Shown here in pieces: positions 20,477-29,843 of a stretch of 64,000 nucleotides of DNA (positions are counted from its first letter, which is position 1; every line of letters starts with the position of its first letter). The position numbers were made by a program, and so were the translations under genes. The notes under the pieces were generated by a model. The model saw only the letters and a program-made list of their open reading frames with translations, did not search any database and had not been told where the DNA came from. The stretch lies in NCBI GenBank assembly GCA_019358915.1, contig JAHHIM010000055.1, forward strand, positions 340,904-404,903. Reading direction: 5' to 3'. This DNA comes from Trichormus sp. ATA11-4-KO1. GTDB lineage: Bacteria > Cyanobacteriota > Cyanobacteriia > Cyanobacteriales > Nostocaceae.

Positions 20477-21157
20477 CTGGAAACGAATTGCCTTGAGGCA
20501 GGGTTCTTGTTCCGGGGAAGGAAGCCGACTCACCCTTACGGGAAGCAGCTTTGCATCTACGAACTTCTCACTGGAAAATCATCTCAGAGTTCGCCTGGGT
20601 TTAAGTTCCTTCAATTCACCCAACTTAAATACAATACACCTGATTGGAATTTTGCCCCGCTAGGTAATTACGCGACGGGTTTTTGAGAGGCTGGGTTGGG
20701 ATGACTCTCTACACTGCCCAAAAGCGCTATCAGGGGAAACCACAGGTGTTAGATTGTCCAGATTGAAAGTACTTTCACACCATTAGACTCTGATTTTTGA
20801 TCAGGAAAAACTGCCGATCAACCTAATTTTCCCATATGTAGAATCGGTAACAATCAGGTAAGCAGCTTAACCAGCAGTGAGGATGAACCTTATCTCCATT
20901 ATTGTAGATTTAGAGCGTACTTCTAGGAAATATTTCCGGATATAGAATTGGGTAACCAGTATAGCAGCATTTCAGGCGTGACCACCTAGAGTAATTCCGC
21001 ATTAACTAAAAATTGGCGCAACCAACGGCTACTGCTACAATCGGGAAACAGTTGAGTGCTGAGTAAGGAAGAAACTTCTGTATTTCTCTTTTTGGAAACA
21101 CAGGAAAAAGTAGTCCAAGATTTGGTACAGAGCAGAGTTTAGATTGGTGGCAGTATT

Positions 21158-22021
21158 ATGTTGGCTCAATTTCGGAGCTTGTATCCTAGCGGCAGTATTA
21201 TTACTGAATTAGTCCAAATTTTTCAAGGAAAGTATATTGTTCGGGCTAGCGTGCAAATTGAACACGTCACCCGTGCAACTGGCATGGCAGGGGCAGAAAC
21301 CATAGAAGCAGCAGAAGATCAAGCCAGAACTAGGGCACTAATGGTTTTGGGCATAACCAGTTCTCCGCAGGCACCCGTGGCATTTTCTCCCCAACCAACA
21401 TCCCTAGTGCAGCTAAATTCTGCCTTGAGCACTACAAAGGTGGGATTAAATGAGCCTACCTATTCCCCTGTCATAGATGAGGACTTTGGCAGTAGTCAGT
21501 GGTCAGCACCCAGTGGCCAAGAAATATCTCCACCACCGGCTAGTGAACAAAACCTAAAATCAGATTCTGTCACAATTGACACGCAAAGCACTAGTAAAAG
21601 CGATACTTACAGCCCAGATTTCAATCAAAGCTTTCCCGCGAGTGACAACCGGGAACCAGAATTTGATACCCCAGTCGAAAACTGGGGAATGATGTCTGGT
21701 AAACAGCTGGAAAATCAAACTTCAGAAAATTTCGCCAGTAATGTTACACCATTTACACCCCGCAGTTATAGTCCACCAGAGAATGTGGGCACTCAAACAG
21801 GAGTAGGAAAGAGAAAGAAGAAAAGTGAACCAGTTGATTTGTCTGATGTCATTGCCAAAACCGATGTCGAACTGCAACGCTTAGGCTGGACACCAGAACA
21901 GGGTCGAGAGCATTTAATTAAAACCTACGGTAAGCGGGGGCGTACTTTACTAACCGAAGAAGAATTGCACGGATTTCTCAAATACTTGGAATCTCAGCCA
22001 GACCCAGTGGCGGGGTTTTAG
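21158..22021 (+). CDS. Conserved hypothetical protein (folded N- and C-domains, low-complexity linker)
   Basis: 287-aa ORF; C-terminal LQRLGWTPEQGREHLIKTYGKRGRTLLTEEEL. Confidence 0.85.
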   Translation: MLAQFRSLYPSGSIITELVQIFQGKYIVRASVQIEHVTRATGMAGAETIEAAEDQARTRALMVLGITSSPQAPVAFSPQPTSLVQLNSALSTTKVGLNEPTYSPVIDEDFGSSQWSAPSGQEISPPPASEQNLKSDSVTIDTQSTSKSDTYSPDFNQSFPASDNREPEFDTPVENWGMMSGKQLENQTSENFASNVTPFTPRSYSPPENVGTQTGVGKRKKKSEPVDLSDVIAKTDVELQRLGWTPEQGREHLIKTYGKRGRTLLTEEELHGFLKYLESQPDPVAGF

Positions 22022-22110
22022 GTGGGACAAAGGAACAAGGGGACAAGGAGAGATTACTAATATTAAGTTTTTCCCCCCCATCTCCCCATCTCCCCATCCC
22101 CCAATCTCCC

Positions 22111-22283
22111 CAGGGCTGTTTCATTCCCTAAAAGGGTTAAAATTGCAAGGGCAAATCCACAATTAAGACCGAAAATTTTGGCATCTTCAGTCCGAAATAC
22201 CTGATTTTTCTTTGCGTCTTTGCGCCTTTGCGTGAGATTATCCTCTTGACAAATCTCCAACACAAGCGAATGAAACAGCCCTG
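22111..22283. mobile_element. 173-bp MITE with perfect 16-bp TIRs (CAGGGCTGTTTCATTC)
   Basis: Perfect TIR pair; flanks CCAATCTCCC / CCCATCTCCC (9/10 identical) may be a target duplication. Confidence 0.8.
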
Positions 22284-22306
22284 CCCATCTCCCTACTCCC
22301 ACTTAA

Positions 22307-22918
22307 TTAATGATTAAGAACAGCAACCGGGCGACTACCAGCAGCGTGACGGTCAATCACTTGATCAATTAAGCCATATTCCTTAGCTTCCTCTGGGGAC
22401 ATAAAGAAGTCGCGTTCGGTATCTTCAGCAATGCGTTCAATCGGTTGACCAGTATGGTCAGCTAAATATTCGTTTAGCCGCCGCTTGTGGTATAAAATCT
22501 CCCGCGCTTGAATTTCAATATCAGTCGCTTGTCCTTGAGCGCCACCTAAGGGTTGATGAATCATAATCCGAGAATGAGGCAGACTCATCCGCTTACCCTT
22601 AGCACCTGCACTGAGGAGGAAAGCGCCCATACTTGCCGCTAATCCAGTACAAATGGTACAGACATCCGGGCGGATGTGCTTCATGGTGTCAAAAATACCC
22701 ATGCCAGCCATTACCGAACCACCGGGAGAATTAATGTACAAATAAATGTCTTTCTCCGAGTCTTCAGCATCCAAAAACAGTAGTTGGGCAACAATCAAGT
22801 TTGCAATGTTGCTATCAACCTGTTGTCCCAAAAAGATAATGCGCTCACGTAACAGTCGTGAGTAAATATCAAAGGCGCGTTCGCCTCGACCCGATTGTTC
22901 AACAACGATAGGAATCAT
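22307..22918 (-). CDS. clpP: ATP-dependent Clp protease proteolytic subunit
   Basis: [37 protein letters not shown]. Confidence 0.97.
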   Translation of the reverse strand: MIPIVVEQSGRGERAFDIYSRLLRERIIFLGQQVDSNIANLIVAQLLFLDAEDSEKDIYLYINSPGGSVMAGMGIFDTMKHIRPDVCTICTGLAASMGAFLLSAGAKGKRMSLPHSRIMIHQPLGGAQGQATDIEIQAREILYHKRRLNEYLADHTGQPIERIAEDTERDFFMSPEEAKEYGLIDQVIDRHAAGSRPVAVLNH

Positions 22919-23167
22919 GCAGCGTGCTTGTAGCTATTTTACGTCTATTTTATCGATGTCAGAGGCTGATTGTTGTCCTCAGCCAAAAGTCAGTTAATTT
23001 TTCTTCTACTTGGCAGATGCCAAAAATCCCATTGGGCACTTTTCATAGAGGATAAACGTCTAAATAAATATCTCCACCTGAGCGGAGAGGAAAAATTAAA
23101 AACCTTTAGTGACGGCTACGACAAGACTTTTTCTTCGAGTCTACACCAAGCCCTAGAATGAGGATTT

Positions 23168-23284
23168 ATACCAATTCTCTGTGAAGTTGCACATTATTTA
23201 TACCCCTCCCCACCTCCCCTTGCCAAAGGGAGGTGCCGCAGGCGGTGGGGTTCATTCCCTGCTTCTTCATCTAGAAATTGTATT
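23168..23284. mobile_element. MITE-like element with internal GC-rich palindromic repeat
   Basis: Imperfect TIRs ATACCAATTCTCTGTGAAG / CTTCATCTAGAAATTGTAT around CCCCACCTCCCCTTGCCAAAGGGAGGTGCCGCAGGCGGTGGGG. Confidence 0.6.
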
Positions 23285-23484
23285 ACTAAATAATTTTGGT
23301 GGCGTGGTGAGCAGACCACTGGAAAAATCATTTTTGTCAACTATTGGTAACTTTTTCAACATTTATTTAGCTTATTGTTGTGTAATTGTCCGGTTAATCT
23401 TGTCAAGTCCGGTAAACCAATAACACGGCGTGTATTTACAGTAACTAATCCTACTTGAAATGCTATCAACCGAGGAGAACTGCT

Positions 23485-23640
23485 ATGCCAGAAAAACTTG
23501 TGCAAGCTGCCATCATTACCTTTTTACTCCACCTGATAGCAGGTCTTAGTCCCCAGACAAGAATGCAGACAAGGGCAATATCGCCTGCGCCAGAAACGCC
23601 AGTAACAATTGTCAGTTTGCTATTACGCTCTTTCAAGTAA
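23485..23640 (+). CDS. 51-aa small membrane or secreted protein
   Basis: GAGGAG RBS; MPEKLVQAAIITFLLHL, similar to 48040-48192. Confidence 0.65.
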   Translation: MPEKLVQAAIITFLLHLIAGLSPQTRMQTRAISPAPETPVTIVSLLLRSFK

Positions 23641-23833
23641 TAATTTAGCTAGTGGCAAAAGTATACTGAATTTTTTCAAAAATTAAATAGAACTTTTTTG
23701 AGTTGACCAACTGCTCTCAAACTCTAGGGATAATTCTCTGGTTGAATTTTTTTGCTGATCTAGGTGGGTCTAGGCTAACACCTCTAGGAACAGGGTAGAC
23801 TGAGCAAAGAAGGCAACTATCTGCATTTGAATC

Positions 23834-25891
23834 ATGACTAATCGCCTTGCTGAAGCTAAGAGTCTCTACCTCCGCAAACACGCCGAAAACCCTATCGATT
23901 GGTGGTCTTGGTGTGACGAAGCTCTCGCAACTGCAAGGGCACAAAATAAACCTATTTTTCTCTCCATTGGTTATTCCAGTTGCCACTGGTGTACCGTCAT
24001 GGAAGGTGAGGCTTTTTCTGATCCAGCTATTGCTGAGTACATGAATGCCAATTTCTTGCCCATCAAAGTAGATAGAGAAGAAAGACCTGACCTAGATAGC
24101 ATCTATATGCAGGCTTTGCAAATGATGAGTGGTCAAGGAGGTTGGCCTTTAAATGTCTTTTTATCCCCAGAAGATTTAGTACCGTTTTACGCTGGAACTT
24201 ACTTTCCCTTGGAGCCGCGTTATGGTCGTCCTGGCTTTTTGCAAGTACTACAAGCCCTGCGCCGCTACTACGATACGGAAAAAGCAGATTTGAGCCAGCG
24301 TAAAGCAGTAATTGTGGAGTCGCTTCTCACCTCTGCGGTGTTGCAAAATGGGGCTAAGAATGAAGTTTCAGAAGCTGAATTACTCCGGCAAGGTTGGGAA
24401 ACTAGCACGGGTATAATTACTCCCAATCAATCTGGTAATAGTTTTCCAATGATCCCCTATGCAGAATTAGCGTTGCGGGGAACGAGATTTTTGTTTCCAT
24501 CCCAGTATGATGGCCAGCAAGTTTGTACTCAATGGGGACTAGATTTAGCTTTAGGAGGTATTTATGATCATGTGGGTGGAGGCTTTCATCGCTACACGGT
24601 TGATCCCACGTGGACAGTGCCTCATTTTGAAAAGATGCTTTATGACAATGGTCAAATTGTTGAGTATCTAGCAAATTTGTGGAGCTATGGAGTCAAAGAA
24701 CCAGCATTTGCCCGGTCGGTGGCTGGGACTGTGGAATGGTTACGCCGGGAAATGACTGCTCCGGAAGGTTACTTTTATGCGGCTCAAGATGCTGATAGCT
24801 TCAGTAGCATCACGGATGTAGAACCTGAGGAAGGAGCCTTTTATGTCTGGAGTTACAGCGAACTGGAACAACTGTTAACACCAGAAGAACTAACGGAATT
24901 ACAACAACAGTTTACAGTAACTCCTAACGGTAACTTTGAAGGCAAGAATGTTTTACAACGGCGCCATTCGGGAGAACTAAGGGCAACAACAGAAATTGCC
25001 TTGGCTAAGTTGTTTGCTGCTCGTTATGGTGACAAGCCAGAGTCGCTGATAATTTTTCCCCCTGCTGCTAATAACCAGGAAGCAAAAACTGGTGGTTGGC
25101 CTGGTCGCATTCCTCCGGTGACAGATACGAAAATGATTGTAGCCTGGAATAGTTTGATGATTTCCGGTTTGGCCAGGGCGGCTGGGGTGTTCCAACAACC
25201 GTTATATTTAGAAATAGCAGCACGGGCAGTGAAGTTTATTCTGGAGCATCAGTTTGTGGATGGGCGTTTCCACAGACTTAACTATCAAGGACAACCTGCT
25301 GTATTAGCGCAGTCTGAAGATTACGCCTTTTTTATTAAAGCACTGCTGGATTTACAAGGTTGTTACCCTGACCAAAGATTCTGGTTAGAAAAAGCGATCG
25401 CACTGCAAGCAGAATTTGACGAGTTTCTCTGGAGTGTAGAATTAGGTGGTTATTACAATACTGCCAGTGATGCTAGCCAAGATTTGATTGTCCGGGAGCG
25501 CAGTTATGCAGATAATGCTACACCATCAGCGAATGGAGTAGCGATCGCTAACTTAGTCCGTCTGTCGCTGCTTACCGATAATCTACATTATTTTGATTTA
25601 GCTGAACAAGGCTTAAAAGCTTTTGGTAGTGTGATGCGTAGCGCTCCCCAAGCTTGTCCTAGTTTGTTTACTGGTTTAGATTGGTATCGTAACGCCACCT
25701 TAATTCGCAGCACTACTGAGCAGATAATTCCTCTGATTTCCCAGTATTTACCTGTTTCTGTATTTTCTGTCATCTCAAATTTACCAGCAGGTAGCGTTGG
25801 GTTAGTTTGCCAAGGACTACAATGTCTGGAACCAGCAGAAAGTAGTGAGCAGTTGTTACAGCAAGTGCAGCAGAGTCAGACTAGGGGGTGA
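23834..25891 (+). CDS. Thioredoxin-domain protein, YyaL/DUF255 family
   Basis: NRLA..SLYLRKHAENP, SCHWCTVME, KVDREERPD, VPHFEKMLYDN. Confidence 0.92.
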   Translation: MTNRLAEAKSLYLRKHAENPIDWWSWCDEALATARAQNKPIFLSIGYSSCHWCTVMEGEAFSDPAIAEYMNANFLPIKVDREERPDLDSIYMQALQMMSGQGGWPLNVFLSPEDLVPFYAGTYFPLEPRYGRPGFLQVLQALRRYYDTEKADLSQRKAVIVESLLTSAVLQNGAKNEVSEAELLRQGWETSTGIITPNQSGNSFPMIPYAELALRGTRFLFPSQYDGQQVCTQWGLDLALGGIYDHVGGGFHRYTVDPTWTVPHFEKMLYDNGQIVEYLANLWSYGVKEPAFARSVAGTVEWLRREMTAPEGYFYAAQDADSFSSITDVEPEEGAFYVWSYSELEQLLTPEELTELQQQFTVTPNGNFEGKNVLQRRHSGELRATTEIALAKLFAARYGDKPESLIIFPPAANNQEAKTGGWPGRIPPVTDTKMIVAWNSLMISGLARAAGVFQQPLYLEIAARAVKFILEHQFVDGRFHRLNYQGQPAVLAQSEDYAFFIKALLDLQGCYPDQRFWLEKAIALQAEFDEFLWSVELGGYYNTASDASQDLIVRERSYADNATPSANGVAIANLVRLSLLTDNLHYFDLAEQGLKAFGSVMRSAPQACPSLFTGLDWYRNATLIRSTTEQIIPLISQYLPVSVFSVISNLPAGSVGLVCQGLQCLEPAESSEQLLQQVQQSQTRG

Positions 25892-26587
25892 GTGAGGAGA
25901 CAAGGGGATGAGGGAGATGGGGGGATGAGAAAGATGGGGATAAATGATAATTCCTTACTCAGCACTCAAGAAGCACTCTTAAGCGCTATTGTATTGGCAG
26001 GTGGAAAGAGTTCTCGCATGGGTACGGATAAAGCTTTGATTCATATTCAAGGGGTGCCTTTGTTGCAACGGGTTTGTCACATTGCATCATGTTGTGCAGA
26101 TACTGTATATATAGTCACCCCTTGGCCAGCACGTTATCAACACTTAGTTTTACCTCGTTGCCAATTTGTCAAAGAAGTACCTTTGTCTCTAGTCGATCAA
26201 GATCAAGCAAATTCTCCCCCTTCCCACGGACCACTTGTAGGATTTGCCCAAGGATTGGCACAAGTACAAACAAATTGGGTGTTGCTATTAGCTTGTGATT
26301 TACCTCGGTTACAGGTTGAGGTGTTGCAAGCATGGGCGACTGAACTTAATAGTGTCGAGGATCAAGCGATCGCGGCTTTGACTTATCATCCTAAAGGCTG
26401 GGAACCTTTATGTGGTTTCTATCGCCGACGCTGTTTGCCACCACTTTTAGAGTTTATCAATCAAGGGGGGCGATCGTTTCAGCAGTGGTTAAATCAGCAT
26501 CATGTACAAGTTTTACCATCACCAGCATCAGAAATGCTGTTTAACTGTAATACGCCAGAGGATTGGGCTTTGATCTCATCAAAATAG
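25892..26587 (+). CDS. mobA: Molybdenum cofactor guanylyltransferase
   Basis: VLAGGKSSRMGTDKA, GPLVG, LACDLP, FNCNTPED; true start probably about 25934. Confidence 0.9.
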   Translation: MRRQGDEGDGGMRKMGINDNSLLSTQEALLSAIVLAGGKSSRMGTDKALIHIQGVPLLQRVCHIASCCADTVYIVTPWPARYQHLVLPRCQFVKEVPLSLVDQDQANSPPSHGPLVGFAQGLAQVQTNWVLLLACDLPRLQVEVLQAWATELNSVEDQAIAALTYHPKGWEPLCGFYRRRCLPPLLEFINQGGRSFQQWLNQHHVQVLPSPASEMLFNCNTPEDWALISSK

Positions 26588-26901
26588 CATTTTAATTACC
26601 AATAGACTAAAAGTGATGTTAGTACGAAATTTTTCAGGTAATTACCTGGAAAAACCAAACATTTGTGATCTATCCAACAATAGATTTTTAGGCTATTACT
26701 ATATAGTAATTAAAGCTTTTCTAAATAAACCTTGTATAGATTCAAGACGAGTAGCGTGGCTATATGTTCCTTGCGGAATTTTGGCTTATTTCTCTACTCG
26801 TCTTTTTCCATTTCACTATAATCATACAGCAAGTGACATCATAAATATATAATATATTTGCTAATTTGAAATATGATTGTCTACTTCCAAGGAAGATTTA
26901 T

Positions 26902-27810
26902 ATGTATCATCGATGGATTTCATCTATTTTACTCTTGTTTTTGAGTATAGTTTTAACTGCTTGTACCACTGCAACTACTCAGCAACCACAGGTACAAATT
27001 ACGACGAACTCTCAACAATTTCCACAAGAATCTTTTACACGAATTGTGACTCTTTCATCTCTTTCTACAGATATTATTTATAATCTCGATCAAACAAAGC
27101 TTGTAGGAATTACTGGGAGTAAATTATTTAATGATGATCCACGATTCAATGATATTCCTCGCGTCAGTGAAGGGCAAACTCCTCCAAATTTAGAAAAAAT
27201 TGTTGCCCTTAAACCAGATTTAGTCATTGGTGCAGAAGGTTTTTCTACCCAAGCAATTCAAAGACTCCAGCAGTTAGGAATTACCACATTGCTCACCCAA
27301 GTTAATACCTGGGAATCTTTAGAAGAACTGACTAAAAAATTAGCTCAATTCATTGATGCTGACCCCCAGCCTTTGTTAAATCGTTATCAAAGTTTTATAC
27401 CAGATAAGTTCACTCAAAGTCCTTCTACTTTAGTGCTGGTTAGTCGTCAACCGATTTTAGCACCAAATAAAAACAGTTGGGCTGGGGATTTGTTGACAAA
27501 ATTTCAAGCAAAAAATGTGGCGGCAGAATTACAAGGTCAAAGTCCCGTTGGTGGCTATGTAACTTTATCGGCAGAAAAAGTTTTAGAGGCAAATCCAGAG
27601 GTAATTATTGTAGTTAACCCTCCACAGGGTGGTTCCGAAACAGCAGTTTTAGATTCCTTTAAAAAAGAACCTTTTTGGCAGCAACTACAAGCTACTCAAA
27701 ATAATCGAGTTTACATGTTTGACTATTACGGATTGGTAAATCCTGGTAGTATTAATGCCATCGAAAAAGCTTGTCAACAGCTTAAGCAAGACTTATTAAT
27801 GATGAAATAG
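26902..27810 (+). CDS. Fe-siderophore/B12-type ABC transporter substrate-binding lipoprotein
   Basis: Lipobox LTAC; RIVTLS, PNLEKIVALKPDLVI, SAEKVLEANPEVII, LQATQNNRVY. Confidence 0.88.
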   Translation: MYHRWISSILLLFLSIVLTACTTATTQQPQVQITTNSQQFPQESFTRIVTLSSLSTDIIYNLDQTKLVGITGSKLFNDDPRFNDIPRVSEGQTPPNLEKIVALKPDLVIGAEGFSTQAIQRLQQLGITTLLTQVNTWESLEELTKKLAQFIDADPQPLLNRYQSFIPDKFTQSPSTLVLVSRQPILAPNKNSWAGDLLTKFQAKNVAAELQGQSPVGGYVTLSAEKVLEANPEVIIVVNPPQGGSETAVLDSFKKEPFWQQLQATQNNRVYMFDYYGLVNPGSINAIEKACQQLKQDLLMMK

Positions 27811-27828
27811 ATTCAAGAATAATATTTC

Positions 27829-28044
27829 ATGCGGCGAGACTCGATTTTTTATAAACTGTTTCAACAATCTCCAACACTTTTATTTGAACTATTGACAAAT
27901 CCTCCAAGCAATGCAGATGCTTATAGATTTGATTCTGTAGCTTCTTCAGTTTCTGTTTTACCTTTGTCTGATTTGGAAGATTTGAGTGAAGCACTCTTAG
28001 ATTTTACTAGCTTGGCCGATTTACAGGCTTGGTTAGACAAATGA
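27829..28044 (+). pseudogene. Internally deleted Rpn-family (DUF2887/DUF4351-type) gene; intact 71-aa frame
   Basis: N-terminus MRRDSIFYKLFQQSPTLLFELL..YRFDSV fused directly to C-terminal LPLSDLEDLSEALLDFTSLADLQAWL. Confidence 0.8.
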
Positions 28045-28075
28045 ATTGTGGCGTCAGTCCTATAGTTTCTTGCCC

Positions 28076-29044
28076 TTAATCATTCGTAGTGGTCACGGGT
28101 TTTTGAGTTACTGAATTATTTTTATTAGCTTGAATAGCGCCAGTAGTTAAACTGCGGAAATATAGCCCTCCAACAGTTGCTAAAAAGGCAACATAGCCGA
28201 TCGCTTGTATGAGATACAAATGTTCTCTGTAGCCAAACAAAGATTTGAGAATAATGCCGGGGAATTGTTGATCTGGCAAGATTTTTTCGGTATTCCAAAC
28301 CATTGGCCCCAAAATGCAAGAGTGGGTTTTAGTAAAATGTTCGTAATAAAAACAAAGACTTTCTGAGGCGCGACTACTCAGGGCTAGGTTAGCTAAACCT
28401 TCATCAAAATGCTTCAAGGCGGAAACTACCAATCCAGCAACAATCAACACCAACAGAACGCCCATCACCTGAAAAAATTGCCGGATGTTGATTTTAACAC
28501 CCCATTTAAATAGTAAGACTCCAATAGTAGCTGCCCCCGCTAAACCAGCAATTGCACCTAAAGCTGGTACTAATCCCTGTTGAAAATTAGCCGCAATAAA
28601 TAAAACTGTTTCAAAACCTTCACGGACAACAGCAATCAAAATTAAACTAAATACGCCCCAGCCAGCATTTGAGTTTTGCGTGAGTGCTTCTGTTACTGCT
28701 CCTTCAACTTGCGCTTTCATGAATCTGGCTTGTTTCGTCATCCAGATGAGCATCCAGCTGAGCATGGCGATCGCGAGTACGCTAAATACACCTTCTAGCA
28801 TGGGTTCAACGACTGAGGTGTATTGAGGATTGACTGTACCCAGTGCTTGAATTACCCAAGTGAATAACACACCTATCAAAGCACTGATGACAATACCAAC
28901 ACCGACACCAGCATATACCCAAGAATTCAGTCGGGATTGGTTGGCTTTTTTCAGCAAGGCCAGCACAATACCCACAACGAGGGCAGCTTCTACTCCTTCT
29001 CGGAGTGTAATGAAAAAAGTAGGTAGAGCAGTTGTCAAATTCAT
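28076..29044 (-). CDS. FTR1/EfeU-family high-affinity iron permease
   Basis: Two REGxE motifs (LREGVEA, VREGFET); probable start MNLTT at 29044. Confidence 0.93.
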   Translation of the reverse strand: MNLTTALPTFFITLREGVEAALVVGIVLALLKKANQSRLNSWVYAGVGVGIVISALIGVLFTWVIQALGTVNPQYTSVVEPMLEGVFSVLAIAMLSWMLIWMTKQARFMKAQVEGAVTEALTQNSNAGWGVFSLILIAVVREGFETVLFIAANFQQGLVPALGAIAGLAGAATIGVLLFKWGVKINIRQFFQVMGVLLVLIVAGLVVSALKHFDEGLANLALSSRASESLCFYYEHFTKTHSCILGPMVWNTEKILPDQQFPGIILKSLFGYREHLYLIQAIGYVAFLATVGGLYFRSLTTGAIQANKNNSVTQKPVTTTND

Positions 29045-29152
29045 GATGAGAGAGATTAAGGGGATGATGGGGATAAGGGAGATGAAGAGGGAAGAAACTT
29101 CCCAATTTGAGTCACCATTCCTCACTTCTTACTCCCTACTCCCCCTAAATTA

Positions 29153-29587
29153 TTAGCTGAAATCTCGTAGCATTTTTTTCAGTTCGAGATTATGCATCTC
29201 TTCTTGTCCTATCATGCCACGGGCGAATTCTTCTAAGTAAATGCTGGCATCGGTTACAGTTTCCAGCAGATTTTTGTACAGTTCTAGCGCTTTCTTTTCA
29301 TGGGATAAGCTTTCTGCCAAGATATCTTTGACTGTGTGCTGGTAAGTTTCTTCCATTGGCGCAATTTTTAGGGAGGGATGCCCATCTAAGCCTGTCAAAA
29401 TTTCTCCCACTTGTTGGGCATGAAGTAAAGACTCACTAGCCTGTGCTTTGAAGAAATCGACAATCGGAATGCGATTAGGGCCAGTTACCATCAAGGAATA
29501 ATGTGTGTAGCGCACTACTCCCGCTAGTTCAAATTCCATGATGGCGTTCAGTAGGTCGATGGTCTTTTGGTTGTCAAGTTCTTGCAT
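29153..29587 (-). CDS. Bacterioferritin/ferritin-like protein
   Basis: Four-helix ferroxidase pattern: E..., ESLLH, E..A...Y, EEMH. Confidence 0.85.
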   Translation of the reverse strand: MQELDNQKTIDLLNAIMEFELAGVVRYTHYSLMVTGPNRIPIVDFFKAQASESLLHAQQVGEILTGLDGHPSLKIAPMEETYQHTVKDILAESLSHEKKALELYKNLLETVTDASIYLEEFARGMIGQEEMHNLELKKMLRDFS

Positions 29588-29783
29588 TAGTTGTTAGTTT
29601 AAGTTGCGAATGGAATTTGAGGAGAATCTAGATATGAGAATTCAGAAGATTCAGCAAGGAAAACTGAATTCTTTTTTGGTATAAGAGTTAGGAGTTATAC
29701 TCCTTGCAGGTCTTCAAAGCCCAAGCTACACTCTTAACCCTTTCATTTTAAACTTCTCTCTCTGCACGACCAATTAAGTCAAT

Positions 29784-29814
29784 GCGATCGCGAAGCGTGC
29801 GTTTACGCGATCGC
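29784..29814. repeat. HIP1-embedded small dispersed repeat (SDR5-like)
   Basis: GCGATCGC-GAAGCGTGCGTTTAC-GCGATCGC. Confidence 0.6.
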
Positions 29815-29843
29815 CTAGGTTGCGGTTTTGCTGAACACTTGAC

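Noticed and set aside
20324..20663. Two overlapping short ORFs upstream of the RNB gene
   Set aside because: No recognisable motifs, and both cross a MITE-like element; probably spurious
22063..23423. Short ORFs at 22063-22302, 22970-23161 and 23181-23423
   Set aside because: Two are translations of MITE or tandem-repeat DNA; the third lacks an RBS and motifs
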